In this document: piece after piece, positions 18,800-28,992 of the stretch
Position numbering within the stretch: position 1 is the first letter of the stretch
How the letters are laid out: the number at the start of each line of letters is the position of its first letter
Source of the DNA: an uncultured Acidobacteriota bacterium
GTDB taxonomy: Bacteria > Acidobacteriota > Thermoanaerobaculia > UBA5066 > DATFVB01
Length of the DNA: 64,000 bases
Assembly: GCA_963813155.1 (NCBI GenBank)
Contig: CAWEYG010000006.1
Span: 32,001 to 96,000 of the forward strand
Direction: 5' to 3'
Made by a program: the position numbers and the translations under genes
The notes under the pieces: model-generated
The model's database searches: none
What the model saw: only the letters and a program-made list of their open reading frames with translations
Told to the model about the DNA's origin: nothing

Positions 18800-20074
18800 G
18801 CGCCGAAGTCGGGCGGTATCTCGACTTCAGCGCTGCGCTGAATTCGCGCGTTCTGCAGACCCGAATTCCGTCCGTCGTCTCGATCGAGGTCACCCGGCGG
18901 TGCTCTCTCAATTGCTCGCATTGCTACAACAACCTTCCGATGGCCGACATGGAGACGGCCCGGAAGGAGCTTCAGTTCGAAGACTACTGCCGGGTCCTGG
19001 ACGAGCTCGCCGAGATGGGAACGCTCTGGCTGCTGTTCACCGGCGGCGAGATCTTCGCGCGGCGCGACTTCCTGGACATCTATACGTACGCGAAAAAGAA
19101 GGGCTTCATCATCACGCTCTTCACGAACGGAACGCTGATCACGCCGAAGGTCGCCGACTACCTCGCGGAGTGGCCCCCGTTCTCGATCGAGATCACGCTG
19201 TACGGCCGGACGAAAGAAACTTACGAGCGGCTGACGCGCATCCCCGGATCCTACGAGAGGTGCATCCGCGGAATCGAGCTCCTGAAGGAGCGCGGTCTCC
19301 CGCTGACTCTCAAGACCGTCGCGGTGACCGTCAACAAGCACGAGATCTGGGACATGAAGAAGTTCGTGGAGGACGACCTCGGGCTGCCGTTCAAGTTCGA
19401 TCGCGATGATCAATGCGCGCATCGACTGCTCCCTGTCGCCGCTGGAAGTGCGGCTGACGCCGGAAGAGATCGTGGATCTCGATCTTCGGGACCCCGAGCG
19501 CCAGGAGGAGTGGAAGCGGTTCTCGACGAAATTCATCGCGCCGATGCATCCCGAAGGAAAAGAGGACGAGGTCTACCACTGCGGCGGAGGAGCGAACACC
19601 TTCGCGCTCGATCCACTGGGGAAAATGACGATCTGCGTCCTTTCGCACTTCGACGAATACGACGTGCGGGCCGGGACCGTCCGCGAGGGCTGGGAGCATT
19701 TTCTGCTTCGGGTTCGCGCGAAGAAGACGACGCGCATCACGAAGTGCACGGCCTGCCAGCTGAAGGCCGTTTGCGGAATGTGCGCCGCGAACGCGGAGCT
19801 GGAGAACGGCGACGCCGAGGCCCCGGTGGATTTCCTCTGCCACACGGCGCACCTGCGGGCTCACACCCTCGGTTGGGAAATCCCGGCGCACGGCGAGTGC
19901 GAGTACTGCGAGGGCGCCGGTTACGCGACGGTGCGGGAAGAGGCGGGTCGTTTGATGGCGGGGCAGGCCCCGCGTGCGCGTCCGGCCATGTTGCCCTCGC
20001 TTTCCCCGGCGGGAGAATCGATGTCGTCGCTTCCCTCCGCGGGGGGCGGATGCGGCGGATGCGGAAGCCACTGA
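18796..20074 (+). CDS. Radical SAM protein with SPASM domain (frameshift near 19400)
   Basis: CSLNCSHC (CxxxCxxC), FTGGE, TNGT; SPASM CGGG..IC..CTACQLKAVCGMC...C; extra Cys-rich tail CEYC...CGGC. Confidence 0.92.
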
Positions 20075-20106
20075 AAAGGACGATTCGAATCGGATGGAGG
20101 TGAGAG

Positions 20107-20292
20107 ATGGAACGGACCTCGGATAGAAACTCGAACGGCAAGAAAAAATATCGGAAACCGTCCGTGAGGATGATTCCCCTGCGGCCCGAAGAGGCGATTC
20201 TCGGTTCGTGCAAGAGCGCGACGACGGGAGCCTTGAATGGCGGCGGCGGCCACTGCAACATTCCCACGAATTGCTCCACGATCGGGTCCTGA
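20107..20292 (+). CDS. Putative RiPP precursor peptide (61 aa)
   Basis: Strong RBS GGAGGTGA; leader KKKYRKPSV (RRE-binding YxxPxL-like) plus EEAIL; Gly/Ser/Thr-rich core with Cys35, Cys50, Cys56; directly follows the rSAM gene. Confidence 0.8.
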   Translation: MERTSDRNSNGKKKYRKPSVRMIPLRPEEAILGSCKSATTGALNGGGGHCNIPTNCSTIGS

Positions 20293-21290
20293 GCGAGCCG
20301 GGCTCTCTCCCGGCCTTCTTCTCGGTCGCCCGCGAGGGATTCGTTCTCCATCCCCGGGGTTCCCTGAACATTCGCCTGGATCGCGCGAGCCGTCTCTTTT
20401 CGGGCGAGACCCCGGAAGACACCGTCGAATTCGACGTGCGATGGGGAGACCTGAGCGGCGTGGACCGCGGAGCGGCCGCATTCGACTCGGGCGGCTGCTG
20501 GGCGCTGCGCCGCGATCCGGACGCCCTCGTTTTCGACGTCTATTCGCCCCTTTTCGGGGCGACCCCCATCCATTCGCTCCGTCTCGACGGCGACCGGCGA
20601 AGGGGAGAGATCGTCCTGGAGCGTTCCCACTTCCGCGACGGGGAGGGCGTCGATCCGCTCGGATTTCCGCTCGCGGAGCTGCTCACCAACCAGCGCCTCG
20701 CGCGCGCCGGCGGAGTCGAATTCCACGGGTGCGGAATCCGGACGCCGGAAGGAGGCGGCCTCCTGTTCGTCGGCCATTCGGGCGACGGAAAGACGACGAC
20801 CGCGAAGCTGTGGGACGGCCGGCCGGGAGTCACGATCCTGAGCGACGACCGGATCATCGTGCGAGCCGAGGAGGGTGAGGAGGGCGTGCCTCACCGGCTG
20901 CGCCGCCCTTCGAGCATCTCGAGGGGAAGCGAGCTGCTCTCCGGGGGTGAGAAGGGTGGCGCGTCCGAGCGCCCGACAGCTCGTACCGCATCTACGGCAC
21001 TCCCTGGCACGGCGAGGGGCAGTTCGCGGCGAACGCCGACGCGCCCCTCACGGCGATCTTCATTCTGGAGCGCGGGAAAGCAACTCGCGCCGTCCCCGTC
21101 AACGGCGCGGAGGCCGTTTCGCTCCTCTTCGCGCGGGCTTTTCCGCCCTTCTACGACGCGGCGGCCGTCGAGGCTGTGCTCGAAACGATCGACAGGATCG
21201 TCGAACGCGTTCCCGTGTATCGATTCGCATTCGTTCCGGATGCCACCGCGATCGAGGCCGCGCTCGAGATCCGCCGGGGAGGCGCCGTGA
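20289..21290 (+). CDS. HPr kinase-related P-loop protein (insertion and frameshift near 20890-20980)
   Basis: EFHGCG, LFVGHSGDGKTT (Walker A), LSDDRIIV, then YRIYGTPWHGEG in the shifted frame; start uncertain. Confidence 0.8.
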   Translation: MSEPGSLPAFFSVAREGFVLHPRGSLNIRLDRASRLFSGETPEDTVEFDVRWGDLSGVDRGAAAFDSGGCWALRRDPDALVFDVYSPLFGATPIHSLRLDGDRRRGEIVLERSHFRDGEGVDPLGFPLAELLTNQRLARAGGVEFHGCGIRTPEGGGLLFVGHSGDGKTTTAKLWDGRPGVTILSDDRIIVRAEEGEEGVPHRLRRPSSISRGSELLSGGEKGGASERPTARTASTALPGTARGSSRRTPTRPSRRSSFWSAGKQLAPSPSTARRPFRSSSRGLFRPSTTRRPSRLCSKRSTGSSNAFPCIDSHSFRMPPRSRPRSRSAGEAP

Positions 21291-21794
21291 GCACGAACGG
21301 TTTTTCGGAGCTGTGCGGCGACCTGCTTTCCGACGGAACGCCGATTCGTTTCCGGGCGACGCGGGGCGAGCATGGCTCCGGCGATCCGGGACGGCGACCT
21401 GTTGACGGTCGAGCCTGTCGCCAATCGCGCCCTTTCCGAAGGCGACATCGTGCTCTATCCGGTCGGAACTGGCTTTCGCGCCCATCGGGTGAGGAGCTTC
21501 GATCGGCACTGCAAAGAGTTGATCTGTCAGGGGGATAGCTGGTTCTGCCGTCCGGAGGTCGTTTCGGCCGGGGCGGTAATCGGGGTCGTGACGGGCCTCG
21601 GGTCGGGGGCGACCGCGGCTCCGCCCCGGCGGCCGTTGGTCATCTGGGGGAAGGCGCTCCGGGGACGTCTGGGGAGGGTGCTCCGGGCAGGCCTCAGGAT
21701 GGGATCTGGATTTCGGAGGGGAAAAATGGTAATCTCTCGACAGGCGTCGGAAGAGGGCCGACAAGGCTCCACGGGAAAGGGTTCACAAAAATGA
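21287..21794 (+). CDS. S24/S26-family peptidase (frameshift near 21362)
   Basis: IRFRAT-G-ASMAPAIRDGD (catalytic Ser), GDIVLY, AHRV (His), QGDS. Confidence 0.8.
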
Positions 21795-24700
21795 AATTCA
21801 CTAGAACTTGTGTAGCCTGGAAGAGCTTTGCTCTTTTCGGGGCGTTGGTCTTCGCTGCGCTCGCTTTTTCGAGCACGGCATCGGCAGCCCTCGCCGTCGA
21901 TAGCACGAGCAATGCGAGCAGCGCCGGCGCAGTCAATTCGCTGAGCTGGGTTCACACGACGAACACCTCGACGACCGGGCAAAACACGCTGCTCGTCGTC
22001 GGCGTCTCGATCAACGGCACGAGCACCGTCTCGAGCGTCACGATGGGAGCGACTCTCGGTTCCATCGGCTCGAGTATTCCGAGCGACGACCTGCCCTCGA
22101 ACCTGACTCTCGCCACGAGCAAGAACAGCACGAACAACCTGACACGAATGGAGATCTGGTATCTCCTGGCCCCGCCGGTCAAAGGCACGACGGCGGGGGC
22201 TTCGGGCTCCGAGCCGACGCTTCAGATCACGGTGACGCTCTCGGGCGGGGCGACGAAGTCGATGGTCGCGGGCGCCGTCTTCTTCACGGGCGCGATGCAG
22301 GTCGCGCCGACGGCCTGGACCGCGACGACCGCGGCGACTGGGAATGCTTCGATCACCGGAACATCGAATGCGACCGACATCGTCGTGGACACGATCGCGA
22401 CGATCGGGACCGCGACCTCGGTGACGGTCGACGGGGCCAGACCTCTCGGTGGAACGTCGCGACGGGCGGACCGCCACGAACGCGATCGGCGGCGGATCGA
22501 CGAAGGCGAACGCAACGTCCATGTCGTGGACGATCGGGACCGACGCACGACTGGGCGATGGGCGCTGTCGTCGTGCAGGCCTCGGCAAACACCCGTTTCA
22601 CGGCACCCGCATCAACATGGACGACCTCTACGGCATCGACTCGAACAATCCGGCGAACCCGGCCGTACCTCTCGCCGATCGGCATTCACCTGACGAACAC
22701 CGGTGCGCAGTTGACGGACGTGTCGGTCACGATCACGCTTTTCGACACCCCGAACAGCTGCGGCAGCGGCGGCACGACGGCGTGCGTCACGCTCAACAAC
22801 ACGACGTTCACGTCGCAGACGATCCCGGCCAGCGGGTAGCTTCGACTATTACTTCATTCTGAACGAGAGCAACCTGTTCGCGAAGAACAACGCGAAGACG
22901 TCGATCAACAAGGCCTTCAGCTATGTGATCACGGTTCACAGCGCGACCGTGCCCGCGACGGACGACCGACACCTTTCCTCCGGAATGGAGATGGCGATCG
23001 ATCTCGTCTCGCAGAACCGGAACACGACGGATTTCACGTCGTGCAACGGTATCTCGAGCGGTGACCGGCACCAGCCCCCGGAACAGATCGCCGTCATCGG
23101 TTCACGCAGGGTCTCCGAATTCCAGTGCACGATCACGTCCACCTCGACCGGAAGCGGCGCGTTCAACACGATGCGTATCTGGCAGGACTGGGACGGACAA
23201 CACTTTCGTGATCGACAAGGTCGACACGAACTACCCGACGGCGCACTTAGTACAGCCCTGACGAGCCCGGACTGCTTCAACAACGGCTGCGGCGGCTCGG
23301 GCGTACCCGTACACCCAGGTTACGTCACGCTTCGCGCGCGTCGGCTCCCTGGATCGCCTGACCGACTCCGAACGGGGTCGTGCGTGACGCCCTTCATCCT
23401 GGATCGATTCGGGCGGAACCTTCCATTACAACCAGACGTCGCCGGCGTCACGGCGTCGATCACGATCACGACCCCCACGGCCGTGAAGCTCCGCAGTCTC
23501 GATGTCGCGCGGCAAGGCGAGGACAACGTGGTCTCCTGGCGAACGGGACACGAGGTGAACAACCTCGGATTCCGGATCTATCGGGAGGACGCCAACGGCG
23601 GGCGGGTTCCCGTCACCAACGGGCTCGTCGCCGGGAACGTGCTCTTCAGCGGACCGTCGATTGCTCTCACTTCCGGCCGCAGCTACAGCTACAGGGATCA
23701 AAACGCTCCCGCCGGAGCGGCGTACTGGCTCGAAGACGTGGATATTTCCGGACCGTCGACGATGAACGGTCCCGCGATCGCGCGCGAGGAGGAAGAAGCT
23801 TCGAGGCTCTTCCCGGCGAGCGGCCAGAGCGAGACGATGAAGGCCGGCGGCAACTCTCCGCTGCTCGATTCGAGCTCGTTTGTCGGCAAAGGCGGGCATG
23901 GAAGTTCGAGCTCTCCCGGTTTCGACTCGAAGCCCCACGGGAAAGTTCAATCGGGAACGGCCAGCACGACTTCGGCCAGCCAGAACAGGCAGTTTTCGCT
24001 CGCTTCGAGCGCGGGAGTGAAGGCCCTCGTGAATCAGGAGGGGTGGTACCACGTGAGCCATCAGGACCTGATCAACGCGGGTTGGAACCCCGGCAACTCG
24101 CCGGCGAATTTGCAGCTCTTCGTCGAGGCGCAGCCGATCCCCATGCTCGTGAGCGACTCGGGCGGCGGCAACTACTCGATGGAGTTCTACGCGACGGGAC
24201 TCAACACGGTGGCGACCGACACGCGCGTCTATTGGATCGGTCTCAACTCCACGCCCGGCTCGCGTCTGGCGAACAAGAGCTCGGCTTCCGGCAGCTCGCC
24301 GGGCGCCGACTTTCCGTTCACCGTCTCGCGAAGAGATCGGGTCGTGTACGTTCCGGGAATTTTGAACGGCGACGCGGAGAGCTGGTACGGACCCATCGTC
24401 GGCGGAACTTCGTTCGGACCGGCCGATCAGTCGGTCACGGTCACCCACCTCGACACCTCCAACAGCGGATCCGCCAACCTCGAGTTCGCGATCGAAACGG
24501 CCACGCCGTCGGTCGGTCACGCGATCGACGTGACGGTCAACGGCAATTTCGCGGGCACGGTGACGCACTTCGACCAGGGCTATTTCGATTCCAACCTTTC
24601 GATCCCGGTTTCATGGCTCGTCGAGGGCACGAACTCGATTCTTCTTCAGGAGGAAGGCGATTCGAACTTCGCGATCATGGACTACGTCGCGCTGACGTAT

Positions 24701-26053
24701 CCTCACGTCTTCACGGCGGATTCCGATGCCCTCGAATTCACGACATCCGGCTCGAAACACGTCTCGATCGGGGGCTTCACCGTTCCGGGCGTTCGGGTGT
24801 TCGACGTGACGAACCCGTCGGCCGTCGCGGCCCTCTCCGCATCCGTCGGGCCTGACGGGAGCGGCGGATATGCGGTCACGGTCAACACGCCGTCCGCCGT
24901 CGGGGCGCTTCGCATACTGGCGGTCGGCAGCGATCGGGTTTCCGCGCCGGCAGGTCTCGCAAACAACACGCCGTCGGACCTGAACAAGAAGAACAATTCC
25001 GCGGACTTCGCGATGATCGCGTACCCGTCGTTCGTTTCGGCGCTCGCGCCGCTGCAGGCGCTCCGGCAGTCGCAGGGGTTGGCGACGCAGGTCGTCGACG
25101 TCACCGACATCTACGACGAATTCAGCTTCGGCGAGAAGGATCCCGCCGCGATCAAGGCGTTCCTGCAGTGGACACAGGCGAACTGGAAGAAAGCGCCGAG
25201 GTACGTGCTTCTCGCCGGCGACGGGTCGTACGACCCGCGCGACTATTTCGGAATCGGGACGACGGACTTCATTCCCGCGAAGCTCGTCCAGACCGTGTAT
25301 CTCAAGACCGCTTCGGACGACTGGTACGTCGATTTCAACAACGACGGGCTTCCCGACATGGCGATCGGGCGCCTTCCGGCGGAGAGCCTGTCGGATGCGT
25401 CCACCATGGTTTCGAAGATCGTGGGCTACGACTCAGCGGCGCCGAGCTCGAGCGTCCTTCTCGTCGGGGACACCGAGGACGAGAACGACTTCCACGGCGC
25501 GATCTCGGCCCTCAAGACGCTCGTTGCCGGAAAGACGGCCCAGGCGATCTGTATCGACCCCGATCCGGTCGACGCGAGCTACCCGAACATCGGGCCCTGC
25601 GTGAGCGCTTCGACGGCGCACGGCCAGATCCTGAACGCCTTCAATAGCGGCCAGTCGGTCGTGAACTGGGTGGGACACGGCGAGCCGACGTCCTGGAGCA
25701 AGAGCGACGTCTTCGACACGTCCGACGTTCCGTCCCTCGCGAATTCCGCGCACCTGCCCCTTGCGCTCACGATGGACTGCCTGAACGGGTACTTCCATGA
25801 CCCGAACACCGAATCCTTCGCCGAGGCTCTCCTGCGCGCTCCGAACGGCGGCGCGGTGGCGGTGTGGGCGTCGTCTTCTCTGACTCTCTTCGAATCGCAG
25901 GTCCCGGTGAACCAGACGCTCTTCCAGCTTCTGTTCACGACGCCCGCCCCCCGGCTGGGCGACGCCGTGAAGACGGCGAAGGGCGTGACGACGGACTCCG
26001 ACGTTCGCAGGACCTGGAACTTCTTCGGCGATCCGACCATGAAACTGAAGTAA
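21791..26053 (+). CDS. Large secreted protein with Ser/Thr-rich N-terminal domain and C-terminal peptidase C25 (gingipain-family) domain; several frameshifts in 22440-23430
   Basis: Signal peptide MKFTRT...ASA; internal PTAVKL..WRTGHEVNNLGFRIYR module; IYDEFSFG, YVLLAGDGSYDP, MAIGRLP, NWVGHG (His), MDCLNGYF (Cys), FFGDPTMKLK. Confidence 0.85.
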
Positions 26054-26084
26054 CGGCCAGTCGAGCTAGGCGTAGCCCCCTGGA

Positions 26085-26114
26085 AAGCCCCCGGAAACGG
26101 GGGCTTCTTTTTTT
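26085..26114 (+). terminator. Rho-independent terminator after the first C25 gene
   Basis: aagcccccg-gaaa-cgggggctt followed by cttttttt. Confidence 0.88.
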
Positions 26115-26308
26115 GCGGATCGCCGGAGATTTCGTCTCACGCCATATTGAGAGTGCAACGCATGGGCCGCCTCCTAGTCTGGGCGGCAGCATGCGTAAGT
26201 TGCGTGTTTCAAGATAGTTTGAAGACTGCGATCTCGCTGGCCTCGCCGGGCGAGTCTCGATTCCGGATTTCGATTCTGGAAATTGGAGAGCGGTGAACTC
26301 ACCAGTCG

Positions 26309-26347
26309 TCTGAAGGCTGCCAGCTGGAGAGGGGGACGGGGGTGAGG
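26309..26347. repeat. BoxC-like half element, inverted relative to 18362-18389
   Basis: tctgaaggctgccagctggagagggggacgggggtgagg. Confidence 0.7.
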
Positions 26348-26620
26348 TCGGTACGTCAACACCTGGATTGCTGGTGCGGGTGACGAACACCCTCCGTGAC
26401 CCTTTCCCGATTTCAAGAGGACGAATCTCTTCGCACTCCCCTTAGAGGACTCGCGCGAGACGCGACGGTTTTGAGCGACCTCGGCGACGAGCGTTCTCCC
26501 CTCCCTTCTCCAGAATTCCTTTCTCAGTTTCGGAAACCTCTTCCGCCCCGCCTTTCCCTCTCTCTTCTCAACCGATTCGTTTCTCGCAGGTTGACTCCGA
26601 TGGGTCGTGTCCGGCACGGC

Positions 26621-26635
26621 TGGTCCCGACATTGC
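26621..26635 (+). promoter_or_regulatory. Candidate sigma-54 (-24/-12) promoter
   Basis: TGGTCCCGACATTGC has the GG-N10-GC spacing of TGGCACN5TTGC, about 58 bp upstream of ATG 26694. Confidence 0.5.
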
Positions 26636-26693
26636 GATCTCCCTTCGCCGAGTGGCAACGGAAACGAAACGAAAGAACGAAAGGGAGACGACA

Positions 26694-28883
26694 ATGAAAA
26701 CCACGACGAACCGGATCTCGACCCTGATTCTCGGAACGACTCTTCTTCTCTCCATCGGCAAGACCCGCCTGCGGCCGGCAAGGGCGGCGGCGGTGGCTCC
26801 ACCGGCGGCACGACGACGACGATCACGACGAATCCTCTGGCGGGCCAGGCCGGCGCGAAGATCTTCGTGCAGCAGGAAGGCTGGTACAGCGTCTCGCGTC
26901 AGAACCTGATCGACGCGGGATGGGATTGCGGAACTTCGGCCACGTACCTTCAGTTGTGGGCGGAGGGAACGCAGCAGTCCGATCCTGGTCAACGCGGGCA
27001 CGAACGGGACCCTGGACCCGACCGACACGATCGAGTTCTACGCGACGGGGATCGACACGCCGTCGACGGGCACGCGCGTCTACTGGCTCGTCCAGGGCAC
27101 GTCCCCCGGGCTTCGAATTGCGACTACGGCCGCTCCCAAGGGAAAGCTTGGGTCCACGCCGTCGAACTTCAATTCTTCGGTGAGCATCAATCCCAAAGAG
27201 TATTACGCGCCCGGAATCGCGAACGGCAGCCCGGACGGTTTCTACGGCGACATGGTGACTTCGACGCCGATCACGGAGTCGATCACGGTCATCGACCCGG
27301 CGTCCTCGACGGCAAGCGCGACTCTCACGGTGACTCTGACCAGGCGCCTACTGGTGGAGCCACAACGTCAACGTCAGCCTGAACGGCAACCTGGCGGGCT
27401 CGATGAACTTCAACGGCGAGCTCGTGCAGACGACGAGCTTCACCGTTCCGAGCTCCTGGATCGTTCCCGGCGCGAACTCGGTGACGTTCGTCGCCCCGGA
27501 CGGCGGCAACGACGTCAGCCTCGTCACGTCGATCTCTCTCACCTACCCGCGGCTCTACAAGGCCCTGAACAACTCGCTCAAGTCGACGGCGACCGGCAGC
27601 GTCTCGCTGCTCGGTCGACGGATTCTCGAATTCTTCGATCCGCGCCTTCGACATCACGACTCCGGCGACTCCGCAACAGCTCGTTGGTGACGATCTCGGC
27701 AGGGGGAGGGGGTTACTCGGCGACGCTTACGACGCCTAGCTCGACCGGGAACCGAACAGTGTTGGCAATTGCGACCGACCAGATCCTCTCTCCCGCCGGG
27801 ATCGTCCCCAACGTTTCCTCGAATCTGAGCGCGACCACGAACTCAGGCGAACTTCGTGATCATCGCGTACCCGACGATGATGTCGGCGGCTTCCGCCCTC
27901 GCCGCGCTCCGCCAGTCGCAGGGAATGCAGGTCTCCGTCGTCAACGTCACCGACGTTTACGACGAGTTCAACTTCGGCGAAAAGGACCCCTCGGCCATCA
28001 AGAACTTCCTTCAGTACACCCAGACCAAGTGGGCGAAGCCGCGCCTCGCTACGTGCTGCTCCTCGGTGGCGCGTCGTCGACACGCGGAACTACCTCGGCT
28101 ACGGCAACCTGGACCTCGTTCCGACGCGATTACATCGCGACGAGCGCTCAGCCGGACCGCCTCGGATGACTGGTTCGTCGATTTCAACAACGACGGGCTA
28201 CCGGACATGGCGATCGGACGGATTCCGGTGCTGACCGCCGCCGACGCTGCGACAGTGATCTCGAAGATCACGAGCTACGGCCAGACGACGGGCGCCTGGA
28301 CGAAGAACGTCCTGATGGCCGCCGACGCGAACGACGCGAACAATGATTTCGAAGGCGCGTCGGCCAACGTCGCCGCGCAGATCCCCATCGGCTATTCCGT
28401 CAGAACGTCTCTGACCGGGCAGATCGGCGGCTCAGCGGCTCGGACCGCGATCCCGGACGGCATCAACGTCAGGGGCAGCTCATCGTCAACTACAACGGGC
28501 CACGGTTTTGAGCAGGCGTGGAGCAGCTCGAGAATCTTCTACGATCGACGACATGTCCAACCTGACGAATGCATCACAGCTCCCCTTCGTCGTGTCGATC
28601 GGCTTGCCTGACCGGCTACTTCCAGGACCCGTCGACGGTTTCCTTCGCGGCTGCGGCGCTCTCAGCGCCGAATGCGGAGCCGTTGCCGTTTGGGCGTCCT
28701 CGGGGTTGCCCGGTCTTCCGGGTGAAGCGCTGGTAAACCAAGCGCTCTTCAGCGAGCCTGCTCGGCGGGAGCCGCCCGTCTCTCGGCGACGCGGTCATGC
28801 AGGCCAAGGCCGCAACGACCGACCAGGACGTTCGGCGAACCTGGATCTTGTTCGGCGATCCGACGATGAAGCTGGCGCAGTAA
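26694..28883 (+). CDS. Second secreted peptidase C25-family protein (multiple frameshifts)
   Basis: MKTTTNRISTLILG signal-like start; KIFVQQEGWYSV, VYDEFNFGEKDP, SDDWFVDFNNDGLPDMAIGRIP, GHG and CLTGYF split across frames, LFGDPTMKLAQ-TAA. Confidence 0.82.
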
Positions 28884-28925
28884 CGCCGGCTCCTTCGTCT
28901 TCGATTCGTTGTCCTCCCTCCACTC

Positions 28926-28958
28926 CGGCCCCTCTCCAGCGAACCTGGAGGGGGGCCG
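28926..28958. repeat. BoxC-like hairpin between convergent genes
   Basis: cggcccctctccag-cgaac-ctggaggggggccg. Confidence 0.7.
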
Positions 28959-28992
28959 TCCCTTTTGTGGAGCGGAAGAGTGTCGTGTTGCG

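Noticed and set aside
20980-21538. Apparent kinase-peptidase fusion frame
   Set aside because: GGAGG RBS plus GTGA start/stop overlap at 21287 points to two genes; the read-through is probably an indel, although this cannot be excluded without reads.
18496-21794. Lasso peptide or PQQ biosynthesis cluster
   Set aside because: No asparagine-synthetase-like cyclase or transglutaminase-like B2 protein; the core lacks an Asp/Glu acceptor; no pqqB/pqqC genes or ExxxY motif.
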